A DNA stretch of 64,000 nt, from assembly GCF_006345805.1 (NCBI RefSeq), contig NC_042997.1, positions 22,506,001 to 22,570,000 on the forward strand, given 5' to 3'. The position numbers and the translations under genes were made by a program. This DNA is from Octopus sinensis. Its lineage: Eukaryota. This document shows, in pieces, positions 1 to 10,983 of this stretch. The notes under the pieces were generated by a model, which saw nothing but the letters and a program-made list of their open reading frames with translations, was not told the origin of the DNA and made no database searches. Numbering within the stretch: the stretch's first letter is position 1; every line of letters begins with the position of its first letter.

Positions 1-102
1 GTTTTAGCTCAATAAACACTCACAACGCCTGGTCTGGGAATCGAAACCACGATCCTACGACCGCGAGTCCGCTGCCCTAACCACTAGGCCATTGCGCCTC
101 CA
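1..102 (-). mobile_element. tRNA-derived SINE, 5' head (continues beyond the window edge)
   Basis: Minus strand reads tggaggcgcaatggcctagtggttagggcagcggactcgcggtcgtaggatcgtggtttcgattccc, with Pol III A-box (tggcctagtgg) and B-box (ggtttcgattcc). A related copy lies at about 58770-58985. Confidence 0.8.
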
Positions 103-133
103 TATATATATATATATATGTGTGTGTGTGGTG

Positions 134-164
<31 letters not shown>

Positions 165-291
165 TGTGTGTGTATGTATGTATATATATATATATATAAT
201 ATATATATATTATATATATATATATAATATATATATATATATGTATATATATATACATATATGTATATATGTATATATATATATATATATA

Positions 292-324
<33 letters not shown>

Positions 325-420
325 TATAATATATATATATATATATACATACATACATGCATGCATACATACATACATACATACATACATACATACATAC
401 ATACATACATACTTATATAT
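103..420. repeat. Compound microsatellite (TA)n/(TG)n/(TACA)n
   Basis: Directly visible. It accounts for the YI/MYVC/TH pseudo-ORFs in the track. Confidence 0.95.
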
Positions 421-822
421 CAGGGACGTGTCGCCAAGGTAGGCAAGGTAGACACTGCCTACCTTGAATAAAATAGATCAATAACAACATTTTTCTTTTA
501 TGGCAAAATATGCACCTAATTCAATAAATGTATGAATGTTACTCTGATTATTATGCATGAAATGCAAAATATCTTTTTTTTTCTAGATTAGGTAGACATA
601 ATTCGCTCCTGCCTTTCAATCTCAGTATTTAAGCTATGCATAGTGCTGCTGTAGTACACGTGCTGCGTACATTCCTCCAACAACGTTTATTTTACATGCT
701 CTAAAGGCAGAAGTAAATCTGCCTTCAACTCAGTCACGCAGCTGTGTTTCGTTTATTTTTTGTGTTTTACTACATAAATACCACCAACTGCCTACCCTGA
801 GTAATTACTGACGGCACGTGCC

Positions 823-824
<2 letters not shown>
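421..824. mobile_element. Possible MITE with imperfect TIRs, inserted in a TA tract
   Basis: Left end cagggacgtgtcgcca versus reverse complement of the right end taggcacgtgccgtca (12/16). Both ends carry a subterminal ggtaggca motif, and there is an internal palindrome ggtaggca..tgcctacc at 438-463. Confidence 0.35.
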
Positions 825-885
<61 letters not shown>

Positions 886-1099
886 ATATATATATATATA
901 TACATATACATACATACATACATACATACATACATACATACCATACATACATACATACAAACATATATATACATACATACTTATGTGTGTATGTATAATT
1001 ACGTATCTGTGTATATGTGTGTATGCGTGTGATTGTATGTGTGTGTGTCTTTTATCGTTTATATTTTACTTGTTTCATCTCAAAAGTTGGACACTATCA

Positions 1100-3020
1100 T
1101 TTGCATTGCTACATCTTCATTAAACCTTCTTTTACAGTTAGCATTTGATGGATGAGGGAGGTTGACGTTGCTGTGCTTACTTGTGTTTCCTGCAGTAAAG
1201 TAATTTCATCCGCGACTCTTGACAATAGGGGATCCAATTCTGTTTTGAAGATATCAACATCTATCCCATGTAGTCTCTCGAGTGTTTCAGAGGGATATTG
1301 AAGAGCTGTGGGCTTTCGAATTCCAAACAATTTCAAAATCTAGTACTGTATTTTGTAGGAAAGGGTGGGATCTTAAGCAATATGCAGTGGTGCCCTGTTC
1401 TTGTGTTTGTTTAGCTTACAGTACCAAAGTTTGATACAATCCTTTCCAAGTTCCTCCAGATGTATAATATTTGGGCATATCTTTCTCGCTTTCACTCCAG
1501 TGAGTAAAGTCTTAGCCTTTGAGTCTTCCCCAGTTGCTCATCTGTTGTACTGAGACAATCACTTTTGTTAGCATCGTTGGATTGCTTCAAATACCAATTA
1601 ATTTTAAACTGTATGGTGACCATACATGAAAGCAGAAGCCAAATTGGCTTGGGAAAAAAATGTCCTTCAGAGAACCATAAGGGCTTCCTATTCTCTTGTT
1701 CTGAAAGTTCTAAGAATCTATCCAGTCAGCTGCCTGCATTTCTTAACAAATGTGTAGTAATATCTACACAGAAAGATATCTCGTTATTCATATCAATGTC
1801 CAGGTCATGCACTGATTGAGATTTTGGGACTGCAAAAGTGTATTTTATCTGCATTGCTTTTAGCTTCATCTCTTAATAGTGCAGGACTTGGAATTTTTCA
1901 GCGCTACTCTGCAATGCACAGGCAAGTTTAAAGAAGGTTTTTGGATTTGATTTTATATTTTCTATAATCGCAGCTGGGAGTGTTGCAGATTTTTCTCAAC
2001 CTCCAATAGTGTTGTTTTCAGGTGAGATATATCACTGCTCTTGAGTTTTATTTGAGCGGTTTACAATTTTTGTTAGTCGTTTCGTAAAAAACTCTCCTCT
2101 CCTTAAAGATTTTGTACTTGTACGTGGGACGAATTTGAACAAATTTGTAGCATGTGGCTTGCATTACAGACATGAATTATTTAAGTTTCATGTCGATGTC
2201 AGGTATGGAGAAACATTTAGGCCAATCCTGTTCGAGTATTTCTTTCTGAAATAGTATCCATTTGTTTTATGGAAAGTAAAATTGGATAGATTTTTGATGT
2301 TTCTTACAGGCTGCATGTCTACAGTTTCCGTTGATCCATACATGGTCAGCTTTATTATATTGTGTTCCGAGACTAGTGTCAATGTCGCCTTCAAATTATG
2401 GATAAGATCCATATTATTTGTGAAGCAGAAATCCAGTATATTATTTGCCCTAGTTGGTTGCAAACGTTATGCGATTTTTTCTCCTTTGGTGCTTTCGCTT
2501 TCCTTATGTTCCTTTTAAAAGGAATTTTTTGCCCTGTCTCAAGCTGTTGTGGCCAAGTTTTGGATGTGCTAAACAATAGTCTGCACCATCGTCTCCAGCC
2601 AGCAGACACATTGTAGGTAAAATTTATATAGCCGTGTGTGTTCTCTCTTTCTTCTATTTCTAGTATCTTCATTATCAGGAGTCTTTTTCCCCGTTGTTTT
2701 ATTTTTATTCTGGGTTTCTCCCAGGTACTTCGTTTAAACAACCTAGGTTACAGATTTTTTCTTGGTCATCTTTGAGTAGCTGTATATACAAAGATATAAA
2801 TATTCCAGCGACTAACATTACATGACCCCATGTGTTTCCCAGCAATATTGTCGATAACTTTCAGCATTAGAGCAGTTGCGTTTTTATTTCATCTTGTTGA
2901 GAACTGCTTGTCGCTCAACGATAGTTTGGAAAAAGTAGATGAGTCTTCTACCAATTATAGTTTCAAGAATTTTCTAAGTTGAATATATTCCACAGTCGTC
3001 TCTGTCGATTGAATCGATTA
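1100..3020 (-). mobile_element. Degraded CR1-clade LINE (ORF1 tail, APE endonuclease end, post-RT region; RT core deleted)
   Basis: Minus-strand translations give PTRANNILDFCFTN (APE C-terminus), AIIENIKSNPKTFFK, AEKFQVLHY, a frameshifted W.RLK.LRLYSLE and LHGIDVDIFKTELD...TSLIHQ, which are typical CR1 ORF2 motifs. Confidence 0.75.
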
Positions 3021-3184
3021 CATGTACAAATATTTGAGAATTTAGTGATGGCGACAACAGTTTGTTTCTATTATTTTCCATCTATCTTATGGGCGGTTCT
3101 CGGTGTTTTGAGATCGATTAGCATCACGAAAGCAAGCCAGTTTTTAAGGAAGATGCTTGTTGCCGAAGCAGCTTTACTTGTGTA

Positions 3185-3216
<32 letters not shown>

Positions 3217-3254
3217 TGTGTGTGTTTGTGTATGTGTGTGTGTGTGGTTATTTT

Positions 3255-4420
3255 GTTTTATTTCAAGATTTCTTGCCATTAGAGAAAGAGCCGGCTTCTA
3301 ACCTAGATCCAAGGCTCCTTCATTGAAATTTCAACTACTTCAAGAAGGCATGTTTGTATGTATGTATGTATGTATGTATGTATGTATGTATGTATGTATG
3401 TATGTATGTATGTATGCATGCATGCATGCATGCATGTATGTATGTATGTATGTATGTATGTATGTATGTATGTATGTCTCTTCTATCTTTTAATTATTAT
3501 AAATTTTCCACTGAGAAGGGAGCCGGTTTCCAACAAAGATACAAGGTTCCATCTTTGGGATGTTATTAACACAGACGAATTCACATTTGGATTTTGAGAA
3601 AAGTCTTGCATACTTTTACTGTTCCACTCACATATTGGACCTGTAATGTACGAATAAGCCGGTCATTTTCTCTTTCTGAAAATTCCAGTTCATCCAGATT
3701 TTCTTTTAAGCATTTACTGATAAAACTGCTCCAATTATTATTGGTATGAATGATGAATTCATAGTCTGGATATAGAAGCTGGCGGTTTCGAAGCAGCTGT
3801 CCATAGATATCGTCTTTTTCTTTGATTTTCAAAGAGATATTTATATCTACAGGACAGCTAACCTCTATGACGGTACATACCTTTGTCCCTTTGACCCAAA
3901 CAACAATATCTGGCCAGTTATGTTTACATTTGACAGAAGTTTTGATGGGAATATTCCACCAGTATTCCTTGAGTTGGTGTTTATGAATGTATTCCATAAC
4001 AGAGGGATTTTCTAAGTTTATTTCAGGTCAGTCTTTTTTGCAGATAGCATTGTAAATTGTTTTAGCAACAGCATCGTGCTGCATAGGGAGGTAGTAGCGT
4101 GACAACATTTTAGGAGAGCTGCTGATCACATGCGTAATGTCTTCCACAGAAACATGACATAGCGTAAACATGCGGTTGCACCTTAGGATTACAAGAGCGT
4201 CACTGTCTCTCCTGTTCACCGGGTACTTTGTGGCAATCTCTTGTTCCTGGATTGTAAACGTATAGCTTTGAAAGTGTGATGAGATGTAGTGGTCTTGTAT
4301 CCAAGAGAGGCTGCGCTTCGTGTCAATTCTACTGTCTTCTTCATGCTTCCGAGTAACATACCCATGCATGGTTGTTGTATTTTTATGTTGAGTGCTTTCC
4401 ATCCAGGTCTATATATGTAT
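3255..4420 (-). mobile_element. R4/Dong-type RLE non-LTR retrotransposon, 3' fragment (decayed zinc knuckle plus PD-(D/E)xK endonuclease)
   Basis: ORFs 4028-4402 (TLCHVSVEDITHVISS..HDAVAK) and 3581-3997 (NWPDIVVW..VIEVSCPVDINISLKIKEK). Related 3'UTR fragments lie at about 3265-3345 and 3505-3560. Confidence 0.8.
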
Positions 4421-4509
4421 GTATATGTGTAGATTTGTATATTTTGTTTTATGTATGCATTCTCATGCATGTAGCTGCACGTCTAGACATCCTCATATAT
4501 ATTTAATTG

Positions 4510-4720
4510 ATAAACTTCTGGAAAGTTTTACAGACTTTTATAGCTCTAGTGATGGTTTGGATCTGTAGTCTTTGAATCAGCTTTCTCCTTTCTGGTTTTG
4601 AAAAGCCTAATTTCTCAAGATTGGTACTTAGGCAATGCGCTACATATCCCAGTACCCCAATAATTACAGGTATAAACCTGAACTTGGGTATAGTAACTGT
4701 AGATTTAGGATGACCCTGAG
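4510..4720 (-). mobile_element. Second R4-type RLE 3'-end fragment
   Basis: Minus strand reads FRFIPVIIGVLGYVAHCLSTNLEKLGFSKPERRKLIQRLQIQ..VCKTFQKF, a paralog of the end of the 3581-3997 ORF. Confidence 0.65.
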
Positions 4721-5514
4721 TGGAATATTATAGAACAGCTCAATCGGAGTTGACTAGGGTTATGTATGTATACGCACATGTATGTATGTATGTATGTATG
4801 TATGTATGTATGTATGTATGTATGTATGTATGTACGTATGTATGTATGTATGTATGTATGTATGAGTATATATTTATAGATATAATGTTTTTACAGATAT
4901 ATTCTCATGTATACACACACATATACACACCTACTCATATGTGTATCTCTTTTTTTAAGATACCAAACTGAGACGTGAATGAGGTTAGGATCCCCTTTCT
5001 AATAGTTCCAGCAACCCTGTAGGATGCCCCCATTTAGTGAGTTGTTGATATCAGGTCTGTTGTCGTTTTACCTTAGTCAGCTCCGATAGAGCTATTCTAT
5101 AATGTTCCACCCAGGGACATCCTAAAATGTGAATAGTGTGTTCTCCTCAGCAGGAGCATGTATTACACTAGTAGCGATTAAAACTGTATGAAGAATCTTT
5201 GAGCAACAGGATCTGACGTCTTAGTCTACACATGCCAATTGCTTTTCTTTAAAGAATAAAATCTATTCAGTTTTTTTTATAAATAGCACAAACGAAATTT
5301 TGATGACAGTATAATTCTAAGAAAATTTACGTTTCTCTTTTCTGAGAAATAAGGAAGATTATATCTAGACATAATTGGTTGTCATGCAAAATAGACTTGC
5401 TTTGATCTATGACCTAGCAGGGTTTTAAACATTTGACAGAATTATAGTAGTTATAATAGTAGCGTTGTTATCATCATCATCGTCATCATCATCATCACCA
5501 TCGTCATCATCATT

Positions 5515-5606
<92 letters not shown>

Positions 5607-5610
5607 CATT

Positions 5611-5832
5611 AAGGCAGCGAGCTAGCAGAATCCTTAGCACACTGGACAAAATGCTGAGCAGTATTTCGCCTGTCGCTACATTTTGAGCTCAAATTCTGCT
5701 GAGGTCGACTTTGCCTTTCGTCCTTTCAGAGTCGTTAAATTAAGTACCAGTGAAACATTGGGGTGGATATAACCGACTAGTCCCCTACCCACAAATCTGA
5801 GGCCTTGTGCCTCAACTAGAAAGGATTATTAT
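5611..5832 (+). mobile_element. tRNA-related SINE (aaggcggcgagctggcagaa family)
   Basis: Head aaggcagcgagctagcagaa, B-box-like gagctcaaattc, core gactttgcctttcgtcctttc...aagtaccag and a (tta)n tail. The family recurs at about 15220, 15440, 20455, 47720(-), 57577 and 57763. Confidence 0.75.
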
Positions 5833-5930
5833 TATTTTATTGTCTTTGCACAGCTTCTAACTATGGTAACACCCCTTATTTTTAGAGCACCATCCGGAGT
5901 ATTCGAGCGGTTCCAAGCAATGATGTTTTC

Positions 5931-5984
<54 letters not shown>

Positions 5985-5985
<1 letters not shown>

Positions 5986-6362
5986 GTAGACGTCGCACAG
6001 TATACAATATCGTGAGGTTGTTGATTGAAGATATTGTGTCTACGCAATATACGTGCAGTTCCAAGCAATGCCGACTTTTGCATTACACCATGATTGTAAG
6101 GTATTTCTAAAGTTTTCAGACGTTTATTTCAGATTGGCTGGTATTTAACCCAATGCTCCGATGACAATAGGGATAACCTTTATGTTTGACTCTCGTAGCC
6201 GCCACATCTTGGCGATCTCAATTCTCAGGTCTCCATATTTGTCAACCTTTTCTCTTTTTTTCATGATGATATATTGATCTCCTGGCACTGTCACATCAGT
6301 TATTAGGCACTCTTGTTTATTCCTCCTTAAACAACCCTTATTTAGGGACCTTTTGTGCGGGA
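5985..6362 (-). mobile_element. R4-type RLE 3' fragment next to (TTA)n
   Basis: Minus strand reads CLITDVTVPGDQYIIMKKREKVDKYGDLRIEIAKMW..VIPIVIGALG...QKSALLGTARILR. Confidence 0.75.
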
Positions 6363-6364
6363 GA

Positions 6365-7252
6365 GTTCAACATATGGCTATAATGCACCCGGATCCCTGT
6401 CTACGATTCCTATCTGAATTGACAGAGCAGATCACAAATTTGTCGTTTGTGTAGCCGACCAGTTTCAACCGTGGACATCCTGCGCTATCGCTACCCGCTG
6501 AACTTTCAAATACACTATCTAGATATGATCTGGATGACCCAATTTTTTTGATCCATATCCACACAGGCACAATAAGAAAATCCGGTCGATAGTCGTCAAA
6601 CAGGCGAAAGTTTCTGAGCAGGTTTTCAAGGCTTTTGCACTCACTTCTACTGTATACTAGCCCCGCGCAGTCATTCCGTGCGTCCAAAATATATTTTCAG
6701 TTCCTCACTAGTATTAACGTGCGAGACGTTCCCAAGATTGTTTCTAGATGTCTGAAGAAATCTGGTTTTCCAGCCCCTGTCGGCTTCCTTTATACCCGCC
6801 AGGACGGCTGCCACCAACCAGATGGTAGGTATTTCTGGCAGCACGTTTATCATCTTACATTTTATAATGTGGACCTCGGTAGCGTTTACCTCCCGACGTG
6901 ATTTAGTTCTGATGCAGCAGTAACTGTGCATCTCAAAATCTATAACCTCGCATGGAGAATTGAGGGCTACTCGTCTGCCATTTTTTAAACAATTTATTTC
7001 GCCAGTTTTAATTCTTTATTCTGAAACATTGTAGATTTCTTGCAGCACTCGCTAAAGCAAATCCCCTTTTCAGAATCTCTTGTCGTGGTGGTAGCAGCTG
7101 CGGCTACGGTGGCGGCAACGGCAACGGCAGCGGTGATGGCCGTAGTGGAATTCGCGTTTCTTTCAAAATTTTCTTTGTTTTTTTTTTTCCTCTACTTGTT
7201 ATCATTATTGCTGTTACCGTTGTCGACGATAATGCTGTTATTGTTGTTATTG

Positions 7253-7287
<35 letters not shown>

Positions 7288-7950
7288 TCTGTTACTGTTG
7301 CTGAAGTTGCTGAAATTGCTGTTGTTGAATTATTGAGTTGTTGAATCGTTGAATGTGTTGTTGCTGTTAGCAGACAAAAGTGTATCATTTTCAGCCTTTA
7401 AACTTGTGTTGGTTTTCGCTTGTGTGGTGGTGACGTCATTTACCGTAATCAAGACTACGTGAATATTGTCAAGTTTTGAGGTCCTGAAACGCGTCCCATT
7501 ATCGAACATTTTTATGAATTCTTTTTACGACATGTTTAATAATATTTGAAAATATCCAAATGTTTGGAGGCAGGGTTCGATTGTTCAAAGATATTGATTT
7601 GCACTCCTTGTAAAACAGGGGGAGTCTCTAAACAAAAATACGACAATCGCCATCCGGACAACGTTATAAATAAGGTTGTACCAATTAAAATGGATGAACG
7701 GGGTCTTGGCAGGCCGAAAAGATGAGAAACATCCTTACAATTTTTGGAACTCCAACATCGTTCACCTTCAGCCTACAGGCGCATTCAACATTCACACACT
7801 TTTTAACAAAATTGCTGGATTCCTCATTTTGTTTCTAACAAGGTCTCCCTTTATTTTAGTTTTCTCTATTGCTACTTCCTCAGTAAACCTTATCGATTAT
7901 ACTTTAAGGACTCTTTTTAGAGCGAACCACCACTTTTGTTGACGTTTTCC
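6365..7950 (-). mobile_element. Degraded Tx1/L1-like LINE (ORF1 remnant plus APE endonuclease)
   Basis: PTGAGKPDFFRHLETILGTSRTL and IGSSRSYLDSVF..GCPRLKLVGYT match the 29563 ORF. A low-complexity Thr/Ala/Pro tail at 7080-7390 looks like ORF1. The extension to 7950 is weak. Confidence 0.6.
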
Positions 7951-8329
7951 TCGTTAGCATCTGCTGTCTGTAAACTTGGCTCACCAGGAACGACTCATTC
8001 AGCTTCTAGTAACCGAGTTCCCGTCTACGAACCTTATCTAGACCGACCAAACAGGTTACAGATTTGTGGTATGTGTAGCCAACAATTCTAAGCTGTAGAC
8101 ATCTTACGCTATCCCTAACTCTAGCCTACTGAATACTCTATCGAGATACAGTTTGTATATGTTCACATTGGTACATTTGGGAAATCCAGTCAGTATTTGT
8201 CAGACAGTTGGAAAGTAGGTTTGTGAAGCCTCTACACGCCACTTTCCAATCAGCTAGCCGTACATAGACCCATCATGCATTCAAGTCAATTTCTCACAAG
8301 CACTAAAGTTTGAACCTTTTCAAAAACAC

Positions 8330-10200
8330 ACTCTAAGCACTTAAAAAATCTGCCCGCCCCAAACCTATTAGGGCGTAGATGGCTACAAGTCTGAAAGCAT
8401 GGCCTTCGCTGCTGGTGGCGTCGAGTACCACTAATTTACCTTCTGTTTGCAAGAATATATTCCATAACGTAAGATCCATATCTTTCTGAAACAACACAGC
8501 AACTACCTTCAGATTCTCGTCGATGTGGCTCAGAAATTTTGGTCTCACTGGTGGCTACCACATCTATACCTAGTGACCTGATGTTGTTGAGAAGATGGTT
8601 GAACTACCATGACGACCCCAGGTCACTGCCTATCGCATCTTTCTTTCGAATTTGTATAAATGTTGCTAGGTTATTTATTGATGCGATAAAATCACGGTGT
8701 ATAACGTTCGTGTTTTTGTTTTATGCATGTAGTTTATTAGTTCCTTCGCCTTTGTGTCTATAACCATATCGTTTAAGATGTTCATATGCGGGTATTGTTC
8801 TTCTTGACGGTGGGGCGGCGGCCGTGGTAATGGCGATGATAGTATTGTGTTGATAATAGTATTGGTGTTGTATTGGTAGTGCTGGAATGCGCTATTTGAA
8901 AGTATTTCTTCCGTTCATGCGAATCTCCAAGATGTTTTAGGTAGCATGTTTCTTTACACCGTTTCGCTTCTTTTTGTTGGTCACCGTCTGCCATTTAAGC
9001 TCTTCTCGTCATATTTGAAACGGCAGTGAATGGCTTCTCTGCACTTTTTGGGTGCAGTTGGTGCAATCACTTTCCGTTGCTTTAATATCCAGATTCTACC
9101 AGTCAGAAACAAGACGCAAACGTAAAAAATATATATCTACTTTATTCTCTTATGACAGTAACAAATAAGTGATACATCTGGTTCCGTTTGGTATTGGGCG
9201 TGCAAGGCTGAACTTTAACGCATGTAGATTTTACAGTGTTCAGCCGCTAAAACAGAACTGGGGTCAAAATGGCGTCCGTAGGAAGAAGATGATGTCTGCA
9301 ACAAATCCTGGTTAAAAGTCTTCGGCTAAAGGCTGCTGCTATATCAAATCCGGACAGAGAGAGAGAATACACGTCCTGTACCTTCGATAGTTGTGTCTCA
9401 AGTCACTGCCTACTGGACGCTGGTGGTCAACGTCTTACGCTCCCTTGCCTCGCGGCTAAACTGCCACGTAGGCAAATTCCTTCTTCCGGTGGTGAAAGCA
9501 CCAACCCCGCACGCGCGAAACAGAAAAGGACGGTGCGCGAGCGCGCACCGTTATATAGGATCACTACATATTCACCATACGATATGCATGACTGACTCGA
9601 AGCGGAGGTGGAGATTCTCTTGGAAGCTGTTCTGTTATTGTTCTTTTTGTTGGTTTGGAGGTTTTCTCTTGTTGGTGATGGTGACGATGATGTGGCAGCC
9701 CTTGTGGGTAGTGCTTCTTTTATTCTTTTATGTTGTTATTTTTTCTCTTGTTGTTGTTGTTGCCTCTACTGCTGTTACCGCTACTGTTACTGTTGCTGTT
9801 GCTGTTTCTGCTGCTGTTACTACAATAATTACCGTTGTTGTTGTTGCTGCTGCTGTACTCTGCTGCTTTCCTGGATACTAATTAATTTTATTGTTGCAGT
9901 TGTTGTTGTTATCATTGCGGCTACTGTTTCCACGCTCTTGTTGATACTACTGGTGCTTTTGCTGGTGGATGTTGTGACTACTTTGGTGAGAACAGTATGG
10001 TCTTCCTTTTCTTCCTTTGCTGTCGACAGAAAGCTTTTAGATTGTTTGTATCACCACAAAAATGACATCTTAGTTTTCTCTCCACAACCGCCACGAAGAG
10101 TTGCAAACCAACATACAGAGTAATCAGATCTACATTGTCTTCTATACATTCTTCATTTGTTCGGATCAATAGTACCATTCCTGTACCTGAACTATTTTTC
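8330..10200 (-). mobile_element. Degraded Tx1/L1-like LINE interrupted by a solo LTR
   Basis: Endonuclease pieces HLLNNIRSLGIDVVATSET and EGKLVVLDATSSEGHAFRLVAIYA (8330-8690). ORF1-like pieces KWQTVTNKKKR (about 8990) and the zinc-knuckle-like VVERKLRCHFCGDTNNLKAFC (9978-10178). Confidence 0.6.
9007..9568 (-). mobile_element. Diverged solo LTR of the same family as 10984-11567, inverted orientation
   Basis: Reverse complement starts tgtagtgatcctatataacggtgcgcgctcgcgcaccgtcc and stays colinear with the 10984 LTR (gacgccattttgacc, cagccttgcacgccca, tttctgactggtagaat). The 9007 end is approximate and no TSD was resolved. Confidence 0.8.
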
Positions 10201-10983
10201 TTCTACAGCTTATAGACCTACGATATGTTCGTTTTTTTTTTAAGTGTCCAATAAAACAGTCGCTATTAGTCCATAGATATCTATTTTTGGTGGCACATAT
10301 GGACCACCGTTGCTTTTACCACACTCTGACTGACGTAGATCAATATGAAGACAATTCGTCACGCTTTGGGGTGTTATTGAAGTCTGTAGGGGTATTATAG
10401 AGTGCTTCATGTCTTCCTTTCGGTAAGAAATCTTACCTATACCATATCGAAATTTATTTTCTTCTACTGACGTATGTTTTTCTAACTCTGATTAGTTTAA
10501 GACACTTTACAATTTGGCTCTATGTTGCTTGTTTCACTTTGCTAGATCTCATTCCTATACATCTATATATGATACTTTTTCTCTGTGCTCCGCTGAACGT
10601 TTTGTGGTATATTTCAAGATGCATTACACCTAGATCTGATTAGCATGTGCTATATTTTTGTTTTTGTTTGTTTTTTGTTGTTGTTTTTTTTGGGTTTTTT
10701 TTTGTTTTTTCAAATCCTGCGGCGATAAAAAGACCGAAATTGCTTCTTATGCGCGAACTACACGTTAATTTTACGAGCAAGCTGTTCCGTTGATCGTATC
10801 AGCTGGGACCCTCGTCATCGCAACCGACGGAGTGCTCCTATCCCCAGTATCAATAAAACCTCGCTGTACCAATAAATTATCTTCCCTTACATATTTCAGA
10901 AGTCGCTAAACTAAGTTCTAGCTAAGTTCTGATCGAGCAAGCTTATGGTCAAAGACCGTGACCATCGATTCTTTTATTTAGTG

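Noticed and set aside
1-102. Possible genuine tRNA gene (also 54400-54460)
   Set aside because: A/B boxes run straight into SINE body or tail sequence, and no complete cloverleaf is evident.
55-964. ORFs rich in YI/MYVC/TH, and similar poly-I/L/N/S ORFs throughout (for example 5425, 14862, 21041, 28769, 62603)
   Set aside because: They are translations of di-, tri- and tetranucleotide microsatellites, not genes.
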